Translations under genes and position numbers: made by a program
In this document: positions 18,740 through 29,260 of the stretch, piece by piece
Numbering within the stretch: the first letter of the stretch is position 1
Layout of the letters: every line of letters starts with the position of its first letter
NCBI GenBank assembly: GCA_014360905.1
Contig: JACIWW010000004.1
Coordinates: 71,994 to 135,993 of the forward strand
Source of the DNA: Chloroflexota bacterium
GTDB lineage: Bacteria > Chloroflexota > Anaerolineae > UBA2200
Length of the DNA: 64,000 bases
Direction: 5' to 3'
Notes under the pieces: generated by a model
The model's database searches: none
What the model was told of the DNA's origin: nothing
The model's input: the letters and a program-made list of their open reading frames with translations, nothing else

Positions 18740-20587
18740 GTTGCTCTGGACATCCATGACGGGCTGTTCCGTAGATTCCCCGAGGAGCCTTGCCTGCTCA
18801 ATGTATTCCAGCGATTGATGCCGGAAGTAGGTATTGTACAGTTCCGCATAGTGGCCACCTGCGGCCAACAATGACACGTGGTTGCCTTCTTCGATGATCT
18901 GGCCATCGCGCAGCACGATGATGCGATCTGCGTGGCGCACAGTGGAGAGACGATGGGCAATTACGATAGCCGTCCGATCACGCATCACTTCCTTCAATCC
19001 TTCCTGAATCTGTGCCTCGGTGAATGGATCCACGCTCGCTGTGGCTTCATCGAGGATGAGTATGGCTGGATCCTTGAGCAGCACGCGGGCCAGGGCGACC
19101 AGTTGCCGTTGCCCCATAGATAGGTTAGCGCCTCGCTCACCGACATCCGTATCCAGACCAGAGGTTAGGTCGTTGATCCACTCCCCGTTGCCGATGCGCA
19201 TAGCGGCTTCTTGTACCTCTTCGTCGCTTGCTTCTGGGCAGCCATAGCGGATATTGTCGCGCACTGTGCCGGAGAAGAGGAAGGGCTCCTGTGGCACCAG
19301 CCCAATGTGACGGCGGTACTGGCTGAGGTCCAGTCGGCGGATATCTCGTCCATCAATGAGCAGATCTCCTCCTTGAAACTCGTAAAAACGCGCGACCAAG
19401 CGTGCCAGGCTCGATTTGCCTGCACCCGTGTGTCCCACAAACGCCACGGTTTCTTTGGGCTGAATGAGCAGCGAGAGATCTGGTAGCACAAGATCATCGC
19501 GGTGATAGGCAAAGCGCAAGTGCCGAAATTCTATCCGACCTTCCAACTCTGGCACTGGCTCGGCGGCTTCCTGCACCACGTTCGGTTCCGCATCAATCAA
19601 GGCGAAAACTCGCTCTGCTGCGGATAGCCCATCCTGGAACTGGCTCCAAAAGGAGGAGATGTTCATGATGGGCCACCAGAAGAAACCTATAGTTTGCATG
19701 AAAAGCACCCAATTGCCGGGGCTGACGGCACCTGCGCGGGCGGCCAATCCCCCTGCGTAAACCAATATGGCTGTGCCAATCCCTGACGCGATGCCCATAA
19801 TGGGAAAGATAGTGTTGAGGGTCAAGCCACGCCGCAGTCCAACCTGGAAAGCCTGTCGGTTCTTGGCTGAGAAGGCGTCGTACATTGCTTGCTCCTGCCG
19901 GAAGCTTTTGGCAATCATGATGCCACTGATGCTTTCTTGGATTTCGGCGTTGATCTTGGCCGTGACTTGTTTTGCGTGTAGGGTCACGCGCCGTGCCACA
20001 CGACGGAAACTGAGAGCGATGGCAGCAGCAACGGGCGTCATGAGCAATAACAGGAGAGTCAGTCTTGGCTCAATCCGCAGCAACCAGATGGATAACAGTA
20101 CAACCAGCAATACCTGGCTGAGCAGGTCTATGCTCAAGGTGACCACGGTAGAAAAATCCTGCGTATCCGACGTGATACGACTGACGATCTTGCCTGATGA
20201 ATGCTCATCGAAGAAGGAGAGGTCATGCCTGACCGTGGCATTGAACACATCCTCGCGCAATTTGAGCACCACATCCCCCACGACGCGCGCGGAAAACCAC
20301 TGGCGGATGTAGTTGAACACCCAAGCCGATAATCCTAGCAGCAACACGCCTCCAGCAAGGAGCCAGATGACCTGCATGGAAGGACGCTTCATCAGACCGT
20401 CAATGGCACGTGAGATGAGGATTGGCCCGCCAGTTGTGGCCACAGAGTTCAACGTCAGCGTGATGGCCACCAATGTCATCTTGCGCGCATGGGGTCGAAA
20501 ATAGCGAATGATGCGCTGGAGCAACTCTCGGTCGCTATAAGTGCGGTCGTAAGCCTCGGTGTCGAGTCCGTCTAAGATAAAACCCAT
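18644..20587 (-). CDS. ABC exporter, fused permease plus ATPase (type I exporter, MsbA-like). One half of a heterodimer.
   Basis: 647 aa. Six-TM N-terminal half. Walker A GHTGAGKSS, signature LSMGQRQ, Walker B ILILDEATASVD. Low-complexity C-terminal tail. Confidence 0.85.
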   Translation of the reverse strand: MGFILDGLDTEAYDRTYSDRELLQRIIRYFRPHARKMTLVAITLTLNSVATTGGPILISRAIDGLMKRPSMQVIWLLAGGVLLLGLSAWVFNYIRQWFSARVVGDVVLKLREDVFNATVRHDLSFFDEHSSGKIVSRITSDTQDFSTVVTLSIDLLSQVLLVVLLSIWLLRIEPRLTLLLLLMTPVAAAIALSFRRVARRVTLHAKQVTAKINAEIQESISGIMIAKSFRQEQAMYDAFSAKNRQAFQVGLRRGLTLNTIFPIMGIASGIGTAILVYAGGLAARAGAVSPGNWVLFMQTIGFFWWPIMNISSFWSQFQDGLSAAERVFALIDAEPNVVQEAAEPVPELEGRIEFRHLRFAYHRDDLVLPDLSLLIQPKETVAFVGHTGAGKSSLARLVARFYEFQGGDLLIDGRDIRRLDLSQYRRHIGLVPQEPFLFSGTVRDNIRYGCPEASDEEVQEAAMRIGNGEWINDLTSGLDTDVGERGANLSMGQRQLVALARVLLKDPAILILDEATASVDPFTEAQIQEGLKEVMRDRTAIVIAHRLSTVRHADRIIVLRDGQIIEEGNHVSLLAAGGHYAELYNTYFRHQSLEYIEQARLLGESTEQPVMDVQSNLPCDESNPQSAPASVSADRTTDTTKPPISDV

Positions 20588-20599
20588 CTCTTCTCCTGC

Positions 20600-22354
20600 T
20601 CAATCGTAACGCGCAAAAATGCGGCGGTATGTTTCGCAGCGTGCCATCAGCTCTTCGTGCGTGCCTTGATCTACCAATTCGCCGCGGCGCAAGACCAGAA
20701 TATGATCGGCCCAGCGTATCTGGCTCAGTCGGTGGGTAATTAGGAATGTAGTCCGCTGGCGGCTGATGCGCCGCATAGCGCGTTGAATGAGATCCTCTGT
20801 AGCGCTATCAATCGCGCTAGTGCTATCATCCAGGATCAGAATGCGCGGGTTGGTGAGAAAGGCACGAGCAATTGCAATGCGTTGGCGTTGTCCACCAGAG
20901 AGATTCACGCCACGTTCACCCAGTTCGGTGTCGTAGCCATTGGGTAGATGGGTGATGAACTCATCTGCCTGTGCCTCGTGAACTGCTCGTTCAATTTCCT
21001 CTTGCGTGGCGTCGGCACGCCCAAAGGCAATGTTGTCGCGGATACTACGCGAGAAGAGGAAGACGTCCTGTTCGATGGCCGAAATCTGCGAACGCAGCGA
21101 CTCCAGGCTCCAATCCCGCACATCCACGCCATCCACCAACACCCGGCCGCAGGTGACATCGAAAATGCGGTTGATAAGCCTGGTGAGAGTGGTTTTTCCG
21201 GAGCCTGTTTCTCCCACAATAGCGACTGTCTCCCCTGGATAGGCGGTGAAGTTGATGTTCTTCAGCACAGGCTGACCGTTGTAACTGAAACTGACGTTTT
21301 CGAACGTGACCTCGCCACGAATGGGTCGAGCAACGCCCGCTTTGTTCTCATCCAGATTCGTTTCCGTATTGATGAGTTCAAGGATGCGCTCCGCCGAAGC
21401 GATCCCGAGCTGTACCAAGTTGAAGGTGAAGATGGAAGTGAAAGTGACAAAACGCAGCGCACCCATCAAGCCCATGAAGGATACAACCTGACCCAGAGTG
21501 ATCACATTTCCGCGCCAAAGCGACAGAGAATCCAATAGCGCTGCCGCCCAGGCGATGCTGAAGACCAGCATGGGCAGATAGCGAGCTTCGATCTCCCCTT
21601 CTTTGACAAAGTAATCGCGGTAGAGGCGGGCATCGCGTGTGAACTTGGCCCATTCGTGCCGCTCCTGGACATTCGCTTTGACCACTTCGATGCCCGCGAT
21701 GGCTTCCGTGAGCCCAGCGTTCATCACGCCGAATTGCTCCCGCAAGGCCATGCTAACCGGTTTGAGGCGGCGGTTATAATCTGCCACAGTGATTACCAGG
21801 AAGAAGAGGAAGACAAACGGAACGAGCAGCAGCCGCGGATTAAGGCGGGCAATTAGGACGATAGGCAAAACCGTGCCGAGCATCGAATCCATAATCAGCA
21901 TCACACCCGGGCTGAACATCAAATTGAGCATATGCACATCGTTAGTGGCACGGGCCATGATGTCCCCAACGCGCTGTCGCCCGTGAAAGGTCTGGCTCTT
22001 GCCCAGCAAACTGATGTAGAGTTCTTCGCGCGCATCGCGTTCGATGTACTGCGCTAGGAATTCCATAGAATAGTTGCGCAATAGACCGGTCAGCCCTTGT
22101 CCAATGGCGGATCCAACAATGCTCAGTGCCACGCCAAGCAATGCCATAGTGCTCCAACCGGTCGTCGTGATCACATCAAAGGCTCGCCCGACAAAGACCT
22201 GGATATAACTGTAGAACGCGTTGTTAAGGACCGCAGCCAATAACCCAAACACCGGCAGGTGTAGATAGCGTAGCACGTGCGCCACAATCCAGCGTACTGG
22301 CCCCGAACGGGGATAACGGTATTCATTTGCAACGGTGAATTCCCGCTTCTCCAA
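20600..22354 (-). CDS. ABC exporter, fused permease plus ATPase, partner of the gene above.
   Basis: 584 aa. Walker A GETGSGKTT, signature LSGGQRQR, Walker B ILILDDSTSAIDS. A 13-nt gap separates it from the downstream partner. Confidence 0.85.
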   Translation of the reverse strand: MEKREFTVANEYRYPRSGPVRWIVAHVLRYLHLPVFGLLAAVLNNAFYSYIQVFVGRAFDVITTTGWSTMALLGVALSIVGSAIGQGLTGLLRNYSMEFLAQYIERDAREELYISLLGKSQTFHGRQRVGDIMARATNDVHMLNLMFSPGVMLIMDSMLGTVLPIVLIARLNPRLLLVPFVFLFFLVITVADYNRRLKPVSMALREQFGVMNAGLTEAIAGIEVVKANVQERHEWAKFTRDARLYRDYFVKEGEIEARYLPMLVFSIAWAAALLDSLSLWRGNVITLGQVVSFMGLMGALRFVTFTSIFTFNLVQLGIASAERILELINTETNLDENKAGVARPIRGEVTFENVSFSYNGQPVLKNINFTAYPGETVAIVGETGSGKTTLTRLINRIFDVTCGRVLVDGVDVRDWSLESLRSQISAIEQDVFLFSRSIRDNIAFGRADATQEEIERAVHEAQADEFITHLPNGYDTELGERGVNLSGGQRQRIAIARAFLTNPRILILDDSTSAIDSATEDLIQRAMRRISRQRTTFLITHRLSQIRWADHILVLRRGELVDQGTHEELMARCETYRRIFARYD

Positions 22355-22620
22355 TACTTACCCCAGGTTGAGATGTCCAGGTGACAAAGCCAGAAATAAA
22401 TTGTACTGCGAACCAGAGTATAGGCAAATTTATTTTGCGCTTGCGCAGCGTTTATCTCATGCTTGTTACCTGTTCAGCAATGTGGATAGCATTCTACAAT
22501 CGAAGCAATCTATCAAATTCGCACACGGAGAGCTTTTTGCAGAAATGGGCTTAATGGGATAAATTGAGTTCCAGATAAAGGGCTATTGCGTGGGTCAGAG
22601 ATAGCAACTAGGAGGAAAAG

Positions 22621-22833
22621 ATGCCTATTGAAGGATATATTGAATACAAGCCGCGGGAATACTGTAAGGATGTGCAATGCCCGGTGCAATTAGCGCTGGA
22701 TGCACAGGCACCCAGCTCAGAAGAGACCGAGCGTATCCGGAAAACATGCCGCATGGATTGCAAACACACCACATGGGAATTTCACCACTGGCTGATAGAG
22801 AAGGGGTATTTGATCGTTCGCCCTGAAAGGTAA
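22621..22833 (+). CDS. Small Cys-containing hypothetical protein (70 aa; CKDVQC...CRMDC).
   Basis: Consensus RBS aggagg 7-12 nt upstream of the ATG. Four Cys in two pairs. No family recognised. Confidence 0.4.
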   Translation: MPIEGYIEYKPREYCKDVQCPVQLALDAQAPSSEETERIRKTCRMDCKHTTWEFHHWLIEKGYLIVRPER

Positions 22834-22951
22834 AGTTTGACAGATTTAGGATTATGGCGTATCTTGGCAGTGCTCGCCAGGCGCGGCACCGTTCTATTCA
22901 TAAGCATACGCACCAAGTTGGAACCATTCGATCAGGTAGGAGGGAATTGAG

Positions 22952-23746
22952 ATGGACTGGGGAATGAAAAATCGTCTCTCGCAATTGATCCAACCAGATG
23001 GACACTGTTTTTTCTTGCCGATAGACCATGGCTATTTCCAAGGGCCAACTCGCAAACTGGAAAAACCGGGCGAAACGGTTAAGCCACTTCTGCCGTATTG
23101 CGATGCTCTCTTCGTTACCAGAGGTGTGTTACGCGCATGTATAGATCCTGCCAACAGCAAGCCCATTATCTTGCGCGTATCCGGTGGTACAAGCATGGTC
23201 GGGAAGGACCTGGCTCATGAAGGGGTCACCACTTCGGTACGTGAGGCTATCCGTCTGAATGTGGCTGCAGTGGGGGTGTCCATATTCATCGGTAGCGACT
23301 ATGAACATGAGACGCTCATGAACCTGGCAAATCTCGTCAATGAATGCGAGGATTACGGCATCCCCGTTATGGCAGTTACGGCGGTAGGCAAAGAATTGGA
23401 AAAGCGCGAAGCGCGCTATCTCGCTTTGTGTTGCCGCATCGCAGCCGAATTGGGCGCCCGTGTGGTCAAAACCTACTGGTGCGAGGATTTCGACAAAGTG
23501 GTGAATGGTTGCCCTGTTCCGGTGGTCATGGCTGGCGGCCCAAAATGTGAAACAGAGCTCGAGGTATTCGAGTTTGTCTATGATGGCATGCAGAAAGGGG
23601 CCATAGGGATCAACCTAGGCCGTAACGTTTGGCAGAATGACCATCCAGTTGCTATGGCCAGGGCCTTGCGTGCCATTATCCACGAAAACGCTACGGCTAA
23701 GGAAGCTCACGACCTGTTCAATGACATTAAGTCTGGCAAGCAATAG
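22952..23746 (+). CDS. Class I aldolase of the DhnA/FbaB/LsrF family.
   Basis: 264 aa. DHG motif near the N-terminus (LPIDHGYFQGP) and a conserved VVKTYW lysine region typical of DhnA-type aldolases. Confidence 0.6.
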   Translation: MDWGMKNRLSQLIQPDGHCFFLPIDHGYFQGPTRKLEKPGETVKPLLPYCDALFVTRGVLRACIDPANSKPIILRVSGGTSMVGKDLAHEGVTTSVREAIRLNVAAVGVSIFIGSDYEHETLMNLANLVNECEDYGIPVMAVTAVGKELEKREARYLALCCRIAAELGARVVKTYWCEDFDKVVNGCPVPVVMAGGPKCETELEVFEFVYDGMQKGAIGINLGRNVWQNDHPVAMARALRAIIHENATAKEAHDLFNDIKSGKQ

Positions 23747-23764
23747 ACCCTCACATAAAGAGGT

Positions 23765-24811
23765 ATGGTGTATAGCGAGGATACCATGCGTGTAGCTGTG
23801 TATTACAATAACCAAGATGTGCGCCTGGAAGAAATGCCTACGCCTCAGATTGGCCCAGGCGAGGTATTGGTCAAAGTGATCGCCAGCGGAATCTGCGGCA
23901 GCGATGTGATGGAATGGTATCGCATCAAAAAGGCCCCCAGAGTGTTGGGACACGAGATCACGGGCGAGATCGTTCAAGTTGGGGAGGGGGTGAAAAACTA
24001 CCAAGTCGGCGATAGGGTTTTTGTCTCCCACCATGTCCCCTGTAACACCTGTCGTTACTGTCTGAGCGGCTATCACACAGTTTGTGAAACGCTGCATACT
24101 ACCAATTACGATCCAGGCGGCTTTGCTGAATATATCCGTGTTCCGCCGCTCCAAGTTGAGCGAGGTATTTACTTGTTGCCCGATGAGGTATCGTTTGAAG
24201 ACGGTGTGTTCATTGAACCGCTAGCCTGCGTGGTGCGTGCCCAAAGGATGGCCCGTCTTCAGGTGGGACAAACTGTGCTCATCCTCGGCAGTGGCATGTC
24301 GGGACTGCTGCATGTAGCGCTGGCACGTGCATCTGGAGCAACAAGAATCATTGCCACGGATGTGAATGACTACCGCCTTCATGCGGCACAACGTTTTGGG
24401 GCTGATGTTGTCATGCATGCCACTGAGGATGTATCTGCCCGTTTACGTCAAGTCAATGACGGTAGGCTGGCAGACCTAGTGATTATCTGCACCGGAGCTT
24501 ACGCTGCCTTCATACAGGCATTGCAGTCTGTAGAACGTGGTGGAACAGTGCTGTTCTTTGCTCCCACAGAGCCTGGTGTTACTGTTCCCGTCCCGGTCAA
24601 CGATTTTTGGCGCAATGGCATTACGCTAATGCCCTCTTACGGCGCTGCACCATTTGACCTTGCTTTGGCCCTGGAGTTGATTCGCGCACGCCGGGTGCCC
24701 GTGCGAGATATGATTACCCATCGCCTCAGTCTGGCTGAAACAGGGCTGGGTTTCCGACTTGTCGTCGAAGCCAGAGAATCGCTCAAGGTGATTATTGAGC
24801 CTCAAAGGTAA
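23765..24811 (+). CDS. Zn-dependent alcohol dehydrogenase (threonine/sorbitol dehydrogenase-like MDR).
   Basis: 348 aa. GICGSD, GHE.TGE, CNTCRYC structural Zn site, GSGMSG Rossmann motif. Confidence 0.7.
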   Translation: MVYSEDTMRVAVYYNNQDVRLEEMPTPQIGPGEVLVKVIASGICGSDVMEWYRIKKAPRVLGHEITGEIVQVGEGVKNYQVGDRVFVSHHVPCNTCRYCLSGYHTVCETLHTTNYDPGGFAEYIRVPPLQVERGIYLLPDEVSFEDGVFIEPLACVVRAQRMARLQVGQTVLILGSGMSGLLHVALARASGATRIIATDVNDYRLHAAQRFGADVVMHATEDVSARLRQVNDGRLADLVIICTGAYAAFIQALQSVERGGTVLFFAPTEPGVTVPVPVNDFWRNGITLMPSYGAAPFDLALALELIRARRVPVRDMITHRLSLAETGLGFRLVVEARESLKVIIEPQR

Positions 24812-24917
24812 CACACCAGGAAGAATTAACGACTGATTAAGATGACCAATGGAGGAACCTAGCACTTGTGGACCCCCCATCAACCAAGCTAAACGCTCTT
24901 TGTACTGGAGGTTATGA

Positions 24918-25895
24918 TTGGATGCCATGACTTTGCATCACGATAGCATCATTTTCGATGGGCATTGCGATACATTGCTCGAGGTCTTGGCGGGAAAACG
25001 CAAATTGAACGAACGTTCCACAAAGGGTCATATTGACCTGCCTCGCTTGCGTGAAGGTGGAGTAACCGCTCAAGTTTTTGCTCTCTTCATCGAAGACCAG
25101 TACCTGCCAGCGAGGGCAGCCGTGCAGACCTTGCGTTTGTTGGATGCGCTTTATAGTGAACTTGAGATCAATGCCGATTCGCTTCTGTTGGCCACGAAAG
25201 CAGAGCACATTGAGCAGGCGAAGAAAACGGGCAAGGTGGCTGCGGTGGTGGGCATCGAGGGTGCAGAGTCTCTTGAAGGGGACCTACATCTGCTGCGCAT
25301 GTTCTACCGTCTGGGAGTACGTTTGCTCACAATAGCCTGGAGCCGTCGCAACGAGGCTGCGGATGGCGTTCAGGAAGCGCGTACGGGCGGCGGCCTGACC
25401 AACTTTGGCTTGAAACTAGTCGAAGAATGCAATCGCTTGGGTATCATGGTTGATGTCTCACACCTTTCTCCCGCTGGGGTCAGAGATGTTTTGGAAGCAA
25501 GTTCTCAGCCAGTTATTGCCTCGCATAGCAATGCCTATGCCCTGTGCCCACATCCCCGCAACCTGACTGATCAGCAATTGGTTGCTTTGGCAGAGAAGGG
25601 CGGTATGGTCGGGGTCACCTTTGTGCCCTCTTTTATCGCAGAAGACCGAAAAGAGGCTAGTTTGGAAAAGTTGCTCGATCACATCGATCACATTGTCCAG
25701 GTTGCTGGCATTGACCATGTGGGCTTGGGCTCTGACTTCGATGGGTTCAGTCCACCTCCGCCCCTTGGCCTGGAGGATGTAACCTGTTTACCTGGTATCA
25801 CGACTGGTTTGCTCCGCAGAGGATATGCGGAAAATGAAGCGCGCAAAATACTGGGAGGTAATTTCCTGCGCGTATTTCGCCAAGTAGCAGGATAA
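24918..25895 (+). CDS. Membrane dipeptidase (peptidase family M19, renal-dipeptidase-like).
   Basis: 325 aa. HxD (FDGHCDTL) and HIDLPR motifs with C-terminal HVGLGSDFDG, as in the M19 family. Confidence 0.8.
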   Translation: MDAMTLHHDSIIFDGHCDTLLEVLAGKRKLNERSTKGHIDLPRLREGGVTAQVFALFIEDQYLPARAAVQTLRLLDALYSELEINADSLLLATKAEHIEQAKKTGKVAAVVGIEGAESLEGDLHLLRMFYRLGVRLLTIAWSRRNEAADGVQEARTGGGLTNFGLKLVEECNRLGIMVDVSHLSPAGVRDVLEASSQPVIASHSNAYALCPHPRNLTDQQLVALAEKGGMVGVTFVPSFIAEDRKEASLEKLLDHIDHIVQVAGIDHVGLGSDFDGFSPPPPLGLEDVTCLPGITTGLLRRGYAENEARKILGGNFLRVFRQVAG

Positions 25896-25960
25896 CCATA
25901 GAGGATACAGGCTTTTTCGTTCGTAATTCAGTTGCGCTATAATGTGTCATCACTTGCTTT

Positions 25961-27169
25961 ATGGAGGAACGCAGAACTGTGAGCGTATTTCATAACATGA
26001 ACGAGCTTCAGCCGTCTCGCTTGATGACCTTGATCTTGTTGATTGCAGTAAGCACGGTTTTCGGTGTGGCTTGCGGTTCAAGTTCTAATCCTGGAAACAT
26101 CCCCCCCACGAGAACGCCTAAACCAACCTTTACCATTGAGGTACATGCTCCGACGCCGTATCCTTCACCAACTCCAGAGCCATCGCCCACGCCGACTGCT
26201 ACTATTACTCCCACGCCTACACCGACCGTGAATCCGTATTTCAACCCACTGACTGGCGAGTTGGTGCAGAATCCCTCAGTACTACAACGGCGCCCGCTCC
26301 TGGTACGCATTGGTAATGATCCCGAGGTCCGCCCGCAATCAGGGCTTTCTGAAGCGGACATGGTCTATGAAGAGGCAATGGATGGCTGGACGATAACCCG
26401 TCTGACGGCTATTATCTGGAGCAAGGACCCCAGAGAACTGAAGCCGGTTCGCAGTGCACGGCTGTTCACTATTGATTTGGGCTACATGTTCGACGGAGCC
26501 CTTGTCCACTCTGGCGCCAATGACCAAGTTCGATGGTTGATCTCACGGTCCACTATTACTGACCTGGATGAGTACTTTCATCCAGATCCCTACTATTGGC
26601 TCCAGCCTCAAGGCAAATGGAAAGCTTACCCATGGATGGGACGAGTAGCAACGAGTGCACAAAGGGTTCGGGATTACCTAGCCAAGACAGGCAAAGAAAA
26701 AGCGGTACGCCTTGAAGGCTTCTCCTTCTCTGCAGCAGATGACCCGCCTCCCAAGGGCGAGCCTGCTACCTATATCCTGATACCTTATCCGCGAAGGGCT
26801 CTTGTTGAATACCGTTATAACTCGGATGAGCGTGTTTACAAGCGCTTTGTCCAAGGCGAGCCTCATACGGATGCATTGAATGGGCAGCAGCTTAGCGCGG
26901 CTAACGTAATTGTTCATTATGCAAAGTATGAGGAGACGGATGTCAAGGATGTCAATGGTGCTCCCACCTTCAATATTGTATTTTCTGGTGAGGGGCGCGC
27001 ACAAATATTCCGCGATGGGGTGATGATTGAGGCGAAGTGGGTCAAACCAGGTACGTTGGATTTCTGCAAATACGTATACCTAGATGGGACGCCGGTGCCG
27101 TTACGACCCGGTCAAACATGGGTGGAGGTAGTGCCTACTGACTATCAAATTACCTACAAAGCCGACTAA
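25961..27169 (+). CDS. DUF3048 (YerB-like) lipoprotein with a Pro/Thr/Ser linker.
   Basis: 402 aa. Lipoprotein signal MTLILLIAVSTVFGVAC; the true start is probably at the internal Met. PT-rich linker. I recall the C-terminal domain as YerB/DUF3048-like. Confidence 0.45.
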   Translation: MEERRTVSVFHNMNELQPSRLMTLILLIAVSTVFGVACGSSSNPGNIPPTRTPKPTFTIEVHAPTPYPSPTPEPSPTPTATITPTPTPTVNPYFNPLTGELVQNPSVLQRRPLLVRIGNDPEVRPQSGLSEADMVYEEAMDGWTITRLTAIIWSKDPRELKPVRSARLFTIDLGYMFDGALVHSGANDQVRWLISRSTITDLDEYFHPDPYYWLQPQGKWKAYPWMGRVATSAQRVRDYLAKTGKEKAVRLEGFSFSAADDPPPKGEPATYILIPYPRRALVEYRYNSDERVYKRFVQGEPHTDALNGQQLSAANVIVHYAKYEETDVKDVNGAPTFNIVFSGEGRAQIFRDGVMIEAKWVKPGTLDFCKYVYLDGTPVPLRPGQTWVEVVPTDYQITYKAD

Positions 27170-27224
27170 ATACCCTTGTGAATCTATAGCAGATGCAAAT
27201 GTGCTACCGCAAAAGGAATGGATA

Positions 27225-27280
27225 GGGCTCCCATACCCAATATTCGAAGGTAAGGTATGGGAGCCGCTTTTGTTGGCTTT
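27225..27280 (+). terminator. Intrinsic terminator: 12-13-bp stem (gggctcccatacc / ggtatgggagcc) followed by GCTTTTGTTGGCTTT.
   Basis: Perfect inverted repeat followed by a T-rich tract, about 55 bp after the stop at 27169. It lies between convergent genes. Confidence 0.55.
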
Positions 27281-27324
27281 GGGATAACCTCAGAAGAGGT
27301 TCACACGCAGTGTGTGGGCCTCTT

Positions 27325-29238
27325 TTAGCGCCAAATTCCTTCCATAGCATGTCCTACCATCGTGGACGCTGGTTGCAGATCCAAGGCCTTAGCAATGGTG
27401 GGGGCAATGTCTAGGATATGCACTGAGGGTATCATTCTTCCCGATATCAAGCCATTGCCAGCAGCAATAAAAATGCCATGCATCTCATCTAACCCTGCAT
27501 CGAAGCCTACTTCGGCATAATATGGCGAGGGCAACAGAACTTTTTTGACCCACAATTCGTCGGACAAGGAATAACCTGGTGCTGCTTGAGCAAATACATC
27601 GCCGGAACAGGGCGCGTCCAGGTGGATTGTGCTCAGATCTTGCTGACCGAGGATACGCGTAAACACTTGCTGTCCATTCTCATCTTGTATTCCCTCTAGT
27701 GCTTGTATAATCTGTTCCTGTACCTTTTCATAATCCTCTGGTGCCACCGCCCCTGGCCATTCTCTGCCTTGCAAATTGATGTAGATGTGAGCGCTGCCTC
27801 CGCTGGTCCAAGCCCAGGCCTTGCTCTTATTTTCGTCCACTTTGTCTCCTGTTGGGCTGGTTTTTGTCTGTAGCAGTCGTACATTGAGCAGGATTCTATT
27901 CACATGTACTGTCGTGTGCACCGGTATCATGCCATGAGCCGATAGAACGAAGATGGCGGAATCCGCAAGGTTGACAAGTCCTAGCAGGTTTTTGAGGTTT
28001 CCATCGGCTACAGTATGTGCTTTCTGCAAATAAGATGCGTATAACTGCGCCTTGTCCGCATCGTATTCCTTTTGATGCTCATCCACCAGAAGGAAAGGAC
28101 GGGCACACTGAGCGATAATATCTTGTACAGTGAGCAACAAATCAGGGTGGTATGTTTGGTATACGTACAGCACGACATCCATCATCCATTTGGCCCTGCG
28201 TTCGGCCATTTCGTAGTATTGTTGCGGTGAGAGCCAGCCTTTCTGCAGGGCTTCGATATCAGGAGCAGGAGGGGGGAAGCCAAACTCGGCATTAATCGCT
28301 TTCAACAAGTCCGCTGGATAGGCCTGGTTATAGCAAAGACGACTTTGGTACACGGTGGCTGTAATGCCTACAGAGGCAGTAAACTGAAAATAAGCGCCGC
28401 TATGTAAACGAGGGCTGACCGTTGCGGAAGCCCATTTGCCCATGCGGAGCTCGGTGCATCCATTTGATACATCGTGGTCATCATCCAACAGCAACAGGTC
28501 ATAGTGATCAGCGGCGTCATCTTGGGTATCCACGGCTAAAACATGAAACACAGCCACAGTGCTGCCTTCTTGGCTTGTGATATGCAATGCTCCCTCCTTC
28601 AACGGGCTGAAGGAGGGGGGAGGGTCTCTCCAGTTGCTTGCTTCCTGCAGCGTGATGACATGCTGTGCGGCCGGGATATCGCTCTCGGCGGTGGTAATCA
28701 TGTAGTCAGCATGCACATCGGGTCTGTCAGGGAAGGCAACTGGCCAAAACAACGTGGCAGTCGTCAAACCACTGCGCATCGCTGTGCGCCAAATCGGTTC
28801 TGGCAGCGCAGAGATTTCTTCCCATAGGTCGTCGTGCCTTTGAAAGATGTTCTGTGTCAGAGGCAACTTATCGGCCACTAGACCGATTTGGCTAGGGAGA
28901 ACTCCGGTGCTCAATGAGAGATAAGTGATAGTTGGCAAAGCCGGGTCTACAGTTTGCATATATGCCGCCGTGACGCCACGCTGGGACAGCATGGCGAGAT
29001 TGGGCATTGTGCCTTCCTGCATATAGCTATTTAGCCAATCAGGGCGCGCGCCGTCCAGAGCGATGACCACTGCTCCCTTTTCCCCTCTGCCACTTGTGGT
29101 AAGATGCGCCTCCAGTGCTGCTAAGGTATTCACAGTGGGCAAGACTGCTGGAATAGGCGCACATGCTTGAGCGGGCTGGCATGAATTGGCCAGCAGAATC
29201 CAAATGACTGCCCATATCAAGATAGTCCTGTTTTTCAT
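27325..29238 (-). CDS. Exported type I phosphodiesterase / nucleotide pyrophosphatase (alkaline-phosphatase superfamily).
   Basis: VIALDGARPDW metal-site motif of the ENPP/AP superfamily. I moved the start to the internal Met giving signal peptide MKNRTILIWAVIWILLANSC; this also removes an 83-nt overlap with the upstream gene. Confidence 0.65.
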   Translation of the reverse strand: MKNRTILIWAVIWILLANSCQPAQACAPIPAVLPTVNTLAALEAHLTTSGRGEKGAVVIALDGARPDWLNSYMQEGTMPNLAMLSQRGVTAAYMQTVDPALPTITYLSLSTGVLPSQIGLVADKLPLTQNIFQRHDDLWEEISALPEPIWRTAMRSGLTTATLFWPVAFPDRPDVHADYMITTAESDIPAAQHVITLQEASNWRDPPPSFSPLKEGALHITSQEGSTVAVFHVLAVDTQDDAADHYDLLLLDDDHDVSNGCTELRMGKWASATVSPRLHSGAYFQFTASVGITATVYQSRLCYNQAYPADLLKAINAEFGFPPPAPDIEALQKGWLSPQQYYEMAERRAKWMMDVVLYVYQTYHPDLLLTVQDIIAQCARPFLLVDEHQKEYDADKAQLYASYLQKAHTVADGNLKNLLGLVNLADSAIFVLSAHGMIPVHTTVHVNRILLNVRLLQTKTSPTGDKVDENKSKAWAWTSGGSAHIYINLQGREWPGAVAPEDYEKVQEQIIQALEGIQDENGQQVFTRILGQQDLSTIHLDAPCSGDVFAQAAPGYSLSDELWVKKVLLPSPYYAEVGFDAGLDEMHGIFIAAGNGLISGRMIPSVHILDIAPTIAKALDLQPASTMVGHAMEGIWR

Positions 29239-29260
29239 GGTTGCTCTCCCGCACGGCAAA

